A stretch of 64,000 bases of DNA from Epithemia pelagica (GCA_946965045.2 OX337233.1:3286001-3350000), one strand, 5' to 3'; positions 10,111-20,070 are shown, counted from the first letter of the stretch. A program made the numbers and translations. Notes: generated from the letters alone by a model not told the origin.

Positions 10111-10115
10111 ACTGC
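10111..10115 (+). repeat. 5-bp target-site duplication ACTGC (right copy)
   Basis: Matches 1786-1790. Confidence 0.95.
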
Positions 10116-11877
10116 AATGAGTGGGCAAATCAATGACACGTTTCTGATTGGGATGAACCATCATTGATTCCAAGCTGAAATGAATGCACTGTCCCTTGTC
10201 TAGACAGACGAGGTCAAGTACACGCAAGACATTGTGCCATTGACGACGGGCGAGGTCATCGGGAGACAATGTAAGTGAGGCAGAAGGTTTGGAGGTTTGG
10301 GTTCCATTTTCTGCATTGGACTGTCCATCATCGTTACTTTGGTTGGATTTGGCCCGCTCATACTTAGGTATGATGAAAATTCTCGTCATCAATGCAACAA
10401 GGCTATTGAGGGAGACAATCATACAAAAGGAAGAGTTGGAAGGGTTTGCTTTGTCATGACGTCCACAACGTCCGGAACACTGAAGCAAGTCTTCAATACT
10501 CTGTGGGAAGCCCTGAAATAAAACTCTATCTACTTCTGGACAATCCACACCGGAGCTCGATGTCCCAGCCGTAGCGAAGTAGGCAAGGGGGTCAAAGCGA
10601 AGGGGCCGCCGGTTGGTCGGGCATTCATCAAGCAACGGTTGTCCAACAAAAATATCCGTGTGATGGAATTTTTGTTCACGGAACATTTCGCCGTGGACTA
10701 GAAGGATATCTTTTTGACTCCCAACGTTGTTCAGTATGGCTCGGCTTTTGGCATACAAGCTCATAAGAGCCTTCCTCGAGTTGGAGTAAACCATTATTTT
10801 CCGTCCTCCGGGGGCCCGAGATGTCTTGAGGAGATCTCGCTTGATACGACGAAGAGGTTGCTCACTGAATGTAAGGTCGAGGAAGAGGTTACGTCGTTCG
10901 ACGCCTGAATGATTTGCGGGCCAGATAAGATCTTGGGTGGGATTGAAAGACAACCCAGTCAACGTCGTCAAATCATCCACCATGGATTGGGAGGCGGTTG
11001 CTGTCATGAACAAAATAGGAATGGGTGCGGTCAATTGTTTTTCCATCAAGTGGAAGAGACATTTGCGAAGTTCTCCAAACTCCCGGCGAAACTCCATTCC
11101 ATGACTTGCGTAGAGGTGGCACTCGTCGATAGCAACAGAGCGCAAAGTGCCATTGCGACAACAAATGGATATGGTTTGTTGCCAGAGTGGGTCTCGTGTG
11201 AGTTTCTGCGGTGATGTGAACAGAAATACTCTTTTCTTCGAGGTCTTGTTGTTGGGTAACGCCTCAAGATGGCTCCGAAGAAGGTCATTCAGGTTCTTCG
11301 ACCGAATGACATCCAGATTGTAGACATGGAGGCGATTCGACAGCCTTCGAGACAACGATAGCTCCGTCAACTTGGAGGTTTGATCGGCGGCCAAACTCAA
11401 AAGGGGAACGATTGTGATCGTGATTGGACCACAAAGTATTCCGGAAACGTCTCTCACGGCAGATTTTCCACCACCAGTTGAACGAACAAGAAGAATAGGA
11501 CGTAGAAGGGAAGGGGGGTTGCGGCTCAATTGGCGTTGAAGTACTTCTTTACATGCATGGACTTGCCATGACCGGGCCGTCTTTCCATGCCAGCCTCTGA
11601 ATACGGAGTTGACGGCGCCTTCGAGGGAAGGACGCCCATGGGATTCATTATTAGTAGAAAGATGGATGACCGGAGGCGTTCGGTTGGATGGAAAAGGATT
11701 ATCTTGGCCTCTTGCAGCATGGTCATCTGTCTTGTTGTTGTTGCAGTCGGAGAGCCTTGTATTTAGAGTGTCTTGCTCCAATGAGGAGAGGCTTTGGAGA
11801 GCCCGCGCTTTCGTAGAACCGTCGTGGGTAGTATTGGTGAGAGCCTTGTGGTCGGGGTTGGAGGTGCGGGTAGCCAT
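10111..11877 (-). pseudogene. RecQ-like SF2 (DEAH-box) helicase, N-terminal and core part, disrupted by the LTR insertion
   Basis: Motifs STGGGKS (I), IVPLLSLAADQ (Ia), AIDECH (II), MTATA (III), SSGVDCPEV (V), QCSGRCGR (VI), then a Cys cluster. Intronless. Likely ATG 11877 (MATRTSNP); the ORF is open to 12036. Confidence 0.88.
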
Positions 11878-12002
11878 GATGGATGTAATCGTCCTCACTA
11901 GTTTGCCTCCGTGGTGGCTCTGTGGAGGTGAAATGCAGTTTGTATCAGAGTCGAGAAATTGGCGATTTGGGGCCCTCGAGCCGTGGGGGTGACTAAGGGA
12001 AT

Positions 12003-12044
12003 GCACTTGAAAAGTGCGACTGACCAGTCGCCCCATGCTTGGGG
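12003..12044. other. Three abutting short inverted repeats (hairpin cluster)
   Basis: GCACTT/AAGTGC (12003-12017), GCGACTG/CAGTCGC (12016-12031), CCCCA/TGGGG (12031-12044). Confidence 0.7.
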
Positions 12045-12137
12045 GTAAAAAAGGAAGTCCCCAACTCGAATAGTTGTTCCCTTTCCATCAGGCCACAACA
12101 ACAGCAACGCATTCTGATCCAGGGAATCCAGAACGCC

Positions 12138-13994
12138 ATGGCCAATAACCAGGTGTGGGTAAGATGGAAGGACTCTTCTGATGACTGGTTATTTGATACT
12201 GTCACGGATCTGAAAGATGATGCGCAAATCACGGACCTGCGTAAAGCGTTTGTGAGGCAACAATACCTTCAAGGTCAGCTTTCACCTGCAGAGGTACAAG
12301 TTCGCGAAACAACCGTCCATGGTGAGGACCGTCTCAAGGCGAGCAGCCCATTGGTGACCTATTTTGTGCCTCCCACAGGTTGTGTTCCGGAGCCCGGAAA
12401 AAGCGAGGACACTGCTTTGTTTCTGACCGTTCCGCGGATTGCTGCAAGAGGTACCAAACAACAAGAACAAACGAACCAACGATATTTGGTCCTTAGTGTC
12501 TCCGAGGTAGCAAAGGATCCCAAGCTCCGTACCGAATTTCGAGACAAGCAGGTGGCGGAGGATTCTTGTCGGGGCGGCTTTATTGCCCAAAAGTTTTATC
12601 TGGAGTTTGTCCTGGCCGCTCGAGAGTTTGAAACGTTTGAAAGAAAAGACAGCGTCGTCGAGGAAGTGGCCAAGCTTGGACAAGTCCTTGCTGTCGGCTC
12701 CACAAAGAAACACTCCTTGTTCCACAATTCATACCCTGATGAAGAAGAAGTCTCGCATTCAGCGGTAGGGTCGGAGCTGTTTCGACTGGCAATCGACTTG
12801 CTGCAGCAAGACCGGGATGCCAAGGACCCGATGCGCTTGAGAGTAACGCATCAGCAGCATCTTGTGACCAACATTGAAAGTCCAGACAGTGCTCCCCAAG
12901 AGTTCGAAATCATTCGCAAGAGAAAGAGGGAAACCGGAGAACTTGAATCGAAACCAGTGGAAGATGAGAAATCTCTGGATCCAATCGACATGTGCGCATG
13001 GTTTGTCCATCCAGAACGAACACTTGGGGCGTGTGTCTTGGCGGCATGTCAATACAAGCCCAGCGGTATCCCAGAGACGGAACGGAAAGCGCAAGCGGAC
13101 ATGTACGGGAGCAACATTCTGATTCTACACCAGAAACCATGTATTGTCATTGACATTGCCGGGGCAAACGATCTTGACGATTGGAACGTGTCGGCGTATG
13201 GTCTCATCCAGGCTCAATTCACCAAACAATCACATTTGTGGGAAACGTCGCCTCTCTACGTTGGCCGCGGTGCGGAAGCGATCGTGATGGTGGCTCGCGG
13301 TCTTTTAGCGGCACAAGAAAGCTTTCCTTCGAGACTGGAACAATATGGCAGTCGCCTTGGCCCGGTGGTTGGTAAGATTGACGAGTTTGTCTACAAGGTC
13401 TACGACATGGCCCAACATCGAAAGCCGAATATCGATGCTGTGCAGACGCTATTTGATGACAATGCAGAGCTTTTGTCATCCAAAGACGATAAACTTGAGA
13501 TTGTGAAAATGAAGTGGATTCCAAGTAACTGGAAGAAAGATGTGAATACGGATGTTTTTCAGGAAATCATTCGAAAACTACGACTTCTTCACGAGAATTT
13601 TGGACCCCATGGTGATATTCGCCTTGCGAATCTGCTCAGCTGTGGGAGTATCATCGACTTTGATTTTGTTCGGGCTGAAAGGTATCCTTCAACATTGAAT
13701 TCGATATCTCAGGATGGAAGGAGACATCCAGACGTTGAGGACATGATCCATCGTATCGAAGAAAATGGTGACGAGTCAGCACTGATTCAGCCTGAGAAGA
13801 TTCACGACTGGTTCTCGCTAGGGCAGGTCATGCGGCTTTTCCATCCTACCGATGAATCGAACGCGTCGTCATGGGAGTCATTCTGCAAACAGGTTGAGGG
13901 AGGATTGAACACCGTGCCTGTCATGCCTTTTTTCACAGTAATGCTCAAAGATCGCGACATGCCTCTAGCGGGGCAGCGGAGCGAGAGCGAATGA
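12138..13994 (+). CDS. Crinkler (CR)-like protein, copy 1: ubiquitin-like header + putative restriction-endonuclease-fold domain + atypical kinase
   Basis: N-terminal VWVRW…DLRKAFV…EDTALFLTVP resembles CRN Ubl headers ending in HVLVxxP. Central DPIDM…ACQYKP is a possible PD-(D/E)xK variant. Kinase motifs VYKVYD, HGDIRLAN, IIDFDF. ATG at 12138 (MANNQ). Confidence 0.7.
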   Translation: MANNQVWVRWKDSSDDWLFDTVTDLKDDAQITDLRKAFVRQQYLQGQLSPAEVQVRETTVHGEDRLKASSPLVTYFVPPTGCVPEPGKSEDTALFLTVPRIAARGTKQQEQTNQRYLVLSVSEVAKDPKLRTEFRDKQVAEDSCRGGFIAQKFYLEFVLAAREFETFERKDSVVEEVAKLGQVLAVGSTKKHSLFHNSYPDEEEVSHSAVGSELFRLAIDLLQQDRDAKDPMRLRVTHQQHLVTNIESPDSAPQEFEIIRKRKRETGELESKPVEDEKSLDPIDMCAWFVHPERTLGACVLAACQYKPSGIPETERKAQADMYGSNILILHQKPCIVIDIAGANDLDDWNVSAYGLIQAQFTKQSHLWETSPLYVGRGAEAIVMVARGLLAAQESFPSRLEQYGSRLGPVVGKIDEFVYKVYDMAQHRKPNIDAVQTLFDDNAELLSSKDDKLEIVKMKWIPSNWKKDVNTDVFQEIIRKLRLLHENFGPHGDIRLANLLSCGSIIDFDFVRAERYPSTLNSISQDGRRHPDVEDMIHRIEENGDESALIQPEKIHDWFSLGQVMRLFHPTDESNASSWESFCKQVEGGLNTVPVMPFFTVMLKDRDMPLAGQRSESE

Positions 13995-14047
13995 AGCAAT
14001 GGTTCCTTGTAACTGGTGTCCTTCAACGACCATGATACAGTGCTGGA
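12472..14047 (+). repeat. Duplicated block, copy A (paired with 16902-18481)
   Basis: Near-identical sequence from CGAACCAAC to …CAGTGCTGGA, continuing about 50 bp past the stop codon. Confidence 0.92.
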
Positions 14048-14422
14048 CACCGCTTCAAACTTGTCCAACTCGCCCGTGGTGGGTACTACCCACAAGATTG
14101 TAGCATTGACGATGCTTTTGAATGCCGTGAACATCCAATTGAGACGGAACTTGGTATCGTTTCGGTCGCTGTGGTTTTTTTGGATGAGAATGCTGCGAAC
14201 CACTTCATCGCGGATGTTCACAGCCATGTTGCCAAATCACCTGGCGTGGTTCTTTTCGAGGATAAGGATTTCAAGTGCACGTTGATAGATCCCTTCAGTC
14301 CAAAACAGTTTGTCCTGGAAACCCACTACAAGCCCAGGGAACAAGACGGGGAGGCGCCACTCGACTCGCCTGTTTGGGAAGTTGAGTTGCAGTCCATCGA
14401 TGCCTCCGATGTCACGTACTGA
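13991..14422 (+). pseudogene. Detached C-terminal domain (about 143 codons) of the ancestral CR-like gene, with a nonsense TGA at 14033-14035
   Basis: Reads MKQWFLVTGVLQRP*YSAGHRFKLVQLARGGYYPQDC…PVWEVELQSIDASDVTY*. Copy 2 has AGA at the TGA position, and its kinase frame runs into this same frame. Confidence 0.7.
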
Positions 14423-15049
14423 CACAACGTGTACAAATATCAGAACGCCGGGGAAAAGATTACCATGTTGCAATGAGTGGGAACTTGGGAGGATCCAGCT
14501 CGATCGAGTTGGATTTGTTCCGGCCCCTGTGCCCCCTTTAGGTCTGCTCAACTTAGCAGGAGTTGACGCCCATGGGACCGCTTCTCGTACTGCAAGTGCT
14601 GACAATCGACAAGCAACTAGCCTGTAGTGAAAAATGGATAGCTTGATGTTGCTGGGCAGTTCTTTTTGATTTTGTTGTAGTCGCAATGTTTTGAGTTTCA
14701 GAACATGAAAATAGCTGTTGCGGCTTTGAGTTTAGGAGGTCCGGTCTTGCACAAAGACAACAGTGACAGTCACAAAGTGACATATATTCATGGGAATCTT
14801 GATTCTTTAATGGCGCAGAGTCTTCTTCGGCGTTCTTCAAGTATTGGATGAGTGGTAACAGCGAATCCGCCAAATGGTCGTGGTCAGCAAAATTGTGTCG
14901 TAGCAACAGCATCACAAGCCAAGAAAAAGACCGATGGAACCCCCATGACAATCACAGCAACCGTCCTGTCAAGAAAAAGATGTGGACCTCCACGGCAACG
15001 AAAAGGAAAAAGTACTCTGCACTAGTGCAATCGTAATGGACACAAAATG

Positions 15050-16201
15050 GCGACAAACCGGATTGCCCATGACTACGACACCCTGTATGATCTCTTCCTT
15101 TTTGGAATGCACGACTGTGGGTTCCTGGCATCCCTGCCCCAGCTACCAATCCACGGACGACTACTTTGTGTCCTGCAAAGTGCCATGATGCCACCACAAA
15201 CCCCCAGATTCTTGTCTCACGACCGCACAACCACTGTGGTGGCACTTCCACTTGTAGAGACACAAAAATTTGGTCGTTCCTACCAAGTCTTTGACAGCAA
15301 ACAAAAGCTCTTTCTACTTTTGAGTAACCAGTAACGAGGTCCTAGGATTGGAATTGTACGTAGAAAACATGTCAACGACTTGAAAACAAAACGTCTAGGC
15401 TTCATCGTTCCCTTAATCACCGCGATGCGTATTCGGCATTGCTCGTTTTTAAGCTGATGTCGAGGTAGAGAAGAGTGAACGATCAGCATGTTGGATGCCC
15501 ATTCCATCCAGAGACTGATACCATCCGCCGGGCTGCTGCTCACAGAGTCGACGAAAACACCATGTATACCAGTCTCAGCGTGCTGCGTAATCCAGATACT
15601 CCACCGAGTCAACATAACCATGCTCGTTAAGGCCTCCAACGACAAAGATGCGGTGGCCAACGACTGCACTGGCACAAAATGATCGACAAAGGTTCATGCT
15701 TGGTCCCGCAGTGACAGTGTGGTTCCTGGTATCAATGATATCAATCGACGACAAAAAGATCGTTGTAGCCACCCAGTACAACGATTTATCGGTTGATAAC
15801 CGCTACAGCACGACGTGCTCTTCGCCCCGTTGATAAGCGACAATTCAATGTCACCCAATGGATCTTCTGTGAATTTGAAGTCGAAGATGATTACAGCAAA
15901 TCATTGGCATCAATCCGCTCCATGCAATTCAAACATGAACCTTCACTGCATCCTGTATCCTCCCACCACGTAAATGCCTCCATTGCACTCAACAGCGGCA
16001 AGTTCGTCACGTTTCTTGTTCATGGGTGGACTTTCTCGCCCCTGCTTGTTTGGGTCTGATAAATTCAATGCAAGAATGGAATCGAGCTCGCCTTGAGCTG
16101 TGTGATATCACACGCAACACGACGACAGTTTGTCTCTTGTTGTTGTTGTCGTTGTCCTTTACGGGATGATCGAGTACGACCGTAGAAAGATCGCGACGCA
16201 T
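15050..16201 (-). pseudogene. Kelch-repeat pseudogene, paralogue of 39130-40497
   Basis: Colinear fragments in several frames with stops: MNKKRDELAAVECNGGIYVVGG; MERIDANDLL*…HWVTLNCRLST; CASAVVGHRIFVVGGLNEHGYVDSVEYLD. Ends are approximate. Confidence 0.8.
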
Positions 16202-16720
16202 CCACCCTGAAGAGGAGGTCAGTTGTTTTCATTCCATTCTGGTGTCGCGTTCAAAAGGACAAGGCCCGACTCCTATGCTGATTCTTGCTCATGGTGTGCT
16301 GGCGTTCGATGTCTGACGTACAGACGGAAATTCGAATCTACCTACCTAGGTAATTCGTGACTCGATTTCACCCTAGCTAGCTAGCTATAGAGTACTCCTA
16401 CGAACCACACCAAAAAGGAAAACATATCCATAACCTGAGGAGTGTTGTATTGCTCACATGTGGTCAATGGGGAATGGGGCGACGGTAAAACCTTGCTCAC
16501 GGACTCAGGAGCCAAAGGTATCAAAGGTCTCTACTAAAAATACAGAGTAGGAGTACAATAGATTGCGATTGCCAAAGATACAACCAGATAGCAACAGTAA
16601 TCGACCCGCATCTGTTCGAAAAGATCCACGGTTGATTGACAGACGGCCTGACAACTGACAGCGTCGATTCTTTCCGGCAAAAATGCAGCTACAAGTGAAT
16701 AGACCATACACAAACGCAAA

Positions 16721-18433
16721 ATGGCAAGTCCAACCTCTCCTTCTCCTTGGGATCGAATCGGTGAAGAGTTTCGCGCCTTTCTCGAAGGAGCCGGCTATAT
16801 CGCTGATGAATTCAACGACATAACATTTAATCGGACAGGAGCATTCAAAGAGTTCAAAGAGTTCAAGCAGCAGCAAGAGCTGATCGCTCTGCAAAAAAAG
16901 TCGAACCAACAATATTTGGTCCTGAGTGTCTCCGAGGTGGCCAAGGATCCCCAGCTCCGTACCGAATTTCGAGACAAGCAGGTGGCGGAGGATTCCTGTC
17001 GGGGCGGCTTTATTGCCCAAAAGATTTATCTGGAGTTTGTCCTGGCCGCTCGAGAGTTTGAAACGTTTGAAAGAAAAGACAGCGTCGTCGAGGAAGTGGC
17101 CAAGCTTGGACAAGTCCTTGCTGTCGGCTCCACAAAGAAACACTCCTTGTTCCACAATTCATACCCTGATGAAGAAGAAGTCTCGCATTCAGCGGTAGGG
17201 TCGGAGCTGTTTCGACTGGCAATCGACTTGCTGCAGCAAGACCGGGATGCCAAGGACCCGATGCGCTTGAGAGTAACGCATCAGCAGCATCTTGTGACCA
17301 ACATTGAAAGTCCAGACAGTGCTCCCCAAGAGTTCGAAATCATTCGCAAGAGAAAGAGGGAAACCGGAGAACTTGAATCGAAACCAGTGGAAGATGAGAA
17401 ATCTCTGGATCCAATCGACATGTGCGCATGGTTTGTCCATCCAGAACGAACACTTGGGGCGTGTGTCTTGGCGGCATGTCAATACAAGCCCAGCGGTATC
17501 CCAGAGACGGAACGGAAAGCGCAAGCGGACATGTACGGGAGCAACATTCTAATTCTACACCAGAAACCATGCATTGTCATTGACATTGCCGGGGCAAACG
17601 ATCTTGAAGATTGGAACGTGTCGGCGTATGGTCTCGTCAAGGCGGAATTTTCAAAAAAATCACATTTGTGGGAAACGTCGCCTCTCTACGTTGGCCGCGG
17701 TGCGGAAGCGATCGTGATGGTGGCTCGCGGTCTTTTAGCGGCACAAGAAAGCTTTCCTTCGAGACTTGAACAATATGGCAGTCGCCTTGGCCCGGTGGTT
17801 GGTAAGATTGACGAGTTTGTCTACAAGGTCTACGACATGGCCCAACATCGAAAGCCGAATATCGATGTTGTTCGGATGCTACTTGACAAGGATGTAGAGC
17901 TCTTGATTTCTAACGACAAACAACTTGAGATTGTGAAAATGAAGTGGATTCCAAGTGACTGGAAGAAAGATGTGAGTACTGAGGTTTTTCAGGAAATCAT
18001 TCGAAAACTTCGACTTCTTCACGAGAATTTTGGACCCCATGGTGATATTCGCCTTGCGAATCTGCTCAGCTGTGGGAGTATCATCGACTTTGATTTTGTT
18101 CGGGCTGAAAGGTATCCTTCAACATTGAATTCGATATCTCAGGATGGAAGGAGACATCCAGACGTTGAGGACATGATCAATCGTATCCAAGAAAATGGTG
18201 ACGAGTCATCACTGATACAGCCGGAAAAGAGTCACGACTGGTTCTCGCTAGGGCAGGTCATGCGGCTTTTCCAGTCTACCGATGAATCGAACGCGTCGTC
18301 ATGGGAGTCATTCTGCAAACAGGTTGAGAAAGGAGGATTGGAACCCAAGCCTAACATGCCTTCTTTCACTGTAACGCTCAAAGATCGTGACATGCCTCTA
18401 GCGGGGGTAGCGGAGCGAGAGCGAACGAAGTAA
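16721..18433 (+). CDS. Crinkler (CR)-like protein, copy 2: short helical header + the same nuclease-like and kinase body
   Basis: From NQQYLVLSVSEVAKDP onward it is highly similar to copy 1. The first about 60 aa (MASPTSPSPWDRIGEEFRAFLEGAGY…) are unrelated to the copy-1 header. Confidence 0.72.
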   Translation: MASPTSPSPWDRIGEEFRAFLEGAGYIADEFNDITFNRTGAFKEFKEFKQQQELIALQKKSNQQYLVLSVSEVAKDPQLRTEFRDKQVAEDSCRGGFIAQKIYLEFVLAAREFETFERKDSVVEEVAKLGQVLAVGSTKKHSLFHNSYPDEEEVSHSAVGSELFRLAIDLLQQDRDAKDPMRLRVTHQQHLVTNIESPDSAPQEFEIIRKRKRETGELESKPVEDEKSLDPIDMCAWFVHPERTLGACVLAACQYKPSGIPETERKAQADMYGSNILILHQKPCIVIDIAGANDLEDWNVSAYGLVKAEFSKKSHLWETSPLYVGRGAEAIVMVARGLLAAQESFPSRLEQYGSRLGPVVGKIDEFVYKVYDMAQHRKPNIDVVRMLLDKDVELLISNDKQLEIVKMKWIPSDWKKDVSTEVFQEIIRKLRLLHENFGPHGDIRLANLLSCGSIIDFDFVRAERYPSTLNSISQDGRRHPDVEDMINRIQENGDESSLIQPEKSHDWFSLGQVMRLFQSTDESNASSWESFCKQVEKGGLEPKPNMPSFTVTLKDRDMPLAGVAERERTK

Positions 18434-18481
18434 TGGTACCTTGTGACTGGTGTCCTTCAACGACCAAGATACAGTGCTGGA
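16902..18481 (+). repeat. Duplicated block, copy B (paired with 12472-14047)
   Basis: Direct-orientation homologue with an offset of about 4430 bp. Confidence 0.92.
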
Positions 18482-18913
18482 GCTTTAGTCTTCTGGTTTT
18501 GGTCGGAACTAGGATGATTGGTTGGGACCAATACCGGAAGTATGGCTATAGAAGTCGGAATCTATCGGAAAACGGTACCCATTACCCATTACCATTACCC
18601 ATACCTTGACTATTATTAGTTCAAGGTTCGAGTCTTTGGCTGCGTCTATCATGTCTGCGACCCACTAACACTAACCAGGATACATTAAGACAACCAATAG
18701 CTACCACAACAAAAACTTGTAATAATAAATAATACCTACTGTCTCATTCGTATTTAGATGGGGTAGATGATCAATTTTGTTAAATCCAGATCCTCCCCAA
18801 CGACCAATCCCGGCTCTGCACTTCTCGAAGTTTCGACTCCAGTCATTATTTTATTTTTTCCTCACACATTATTTCATCACGGGCGGTTTATCTGTTTCTC
18901 CATCATCATTATC

Positions 18914-20070
18914 ATGCAGGCTTCCAATCCCCCTTCTCCCACCAGCCCACCAGGAGGAGATTCATCGGTACGGTATGAGCAACTTCCTTTGAACAGCCAC
19001 AACCATGATGCAGCATCGGCAGCAGTACCAAGTGGAGGACGAATCATTCGTCCTATAATACATCACCATCATCATCACGAGCAAGTGCTACCATTGCTGG
19101 AGAAGCCCAAGCGCCCCTTGTCGGCCTACAATCTGTTTTTTCGAGATGAGCGGCTCAGACTTTTGGCCAATCCTCCAGCCCATTTGGAGGGGGCAGATCG
19201 AAAAATGGGGCTAGCAGACATGGTGCGAACGATCGGAAGTCGATGGAAGACAATTGATCCAGAAACTAAAGCGAAATACGACAGTCTGGGGAGAGAAGAG
19301 AAAGTCAGATACAAGAAGAAGCTTGCAGAGTGGAAGCGCCTAATGAAAACGCAGTATTCCAAGACAAAGAAGATGGCACCCACAAATTCTGCGTCTGTGC
19401 CGTCCTATTATACGACAACGACCAGCACTGCCACTGGCATTGACGGTAGCGGCTTCCTCGCACAGCCTCATCCTCCAGTCGCATCGGCTGGAGGAGGTCG
19501 ACATTCGTTTACATTCTCTAGTAGCTCGTCATTCAACAGCACGAGCAGCAACATAAGCGATCAGCTGCAACAACAACAGCAGCAAGACCACCGCCTTGGG
19601 GAACGGGCGTATGCCGTCGCTGGCCCAGTGCCAGAAATGGGATATCACGAAGCACCGGGGAGAAATAGAACGCTTTTTTCTCCAGTGACAGTGACGTTAG
19701 CAGCAACAGTGCCATCGAAAGAGCTTCGTCTGTGTCGTATGCGACACATGCCCCGGTCGCTCCCTCGCTTGACGATGCAAACATGGCAGTGAGTCCTCGG
19801 ACACAACAACAACAACAACAACAACATTCTGTTCATACCTCTGCTGGGACAAGTATGAGTGGAGAGAATTCAGTGGGGATAGCACAACAAGAACAGCAAA
19901 CTAGGAGCACTCCTGTACAAGGAGCGGAGGGTGGAGATTCTTCGGATCCAACAACGAGAAGATCTCCCAGCAACGACTCTTTGCAAGGACCCGGCATTGG
20001 ACGACTTGCTCAGCAGCTTGATAGTGATGCAATGGACTATTTCATTGATTTGTTCCAATCGCAACCCTAG
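18914..20070 (+). CDS. HMG-box DNA-binding protein; probable intron 19609-19685
   Basis: KPKRPLSAYNLFFRDER…IGSRWKTIDPETKAKY. Splicing GTATGC…TTTTTTCTCCAG joins the frame ending GIGRLAQQLDSDAMDYFIDLF. Confidence 0.85.

Noticed and set aside
10111-12044. Helitron interpretation of the helicase plus hairpins
   Set aside because: The helicase is SF2/RecQ-type rather than PIF1/SF1. No HUH Rep motifs and no hairpin-CTRR end were seen.
13991-13994. ATGA start/stop overlap suggesting prokaryote-like translational coupling
   Set aside because: Comparison with copy 2 shows it is a by-product of a 1-bp deletion in a formerly fused gene.
18578-18605. CCCATTA-like short repeats as a telomere seed
   Set aside because: Only about four degenerate units, and they do not match the TTAGGG-type repeat.
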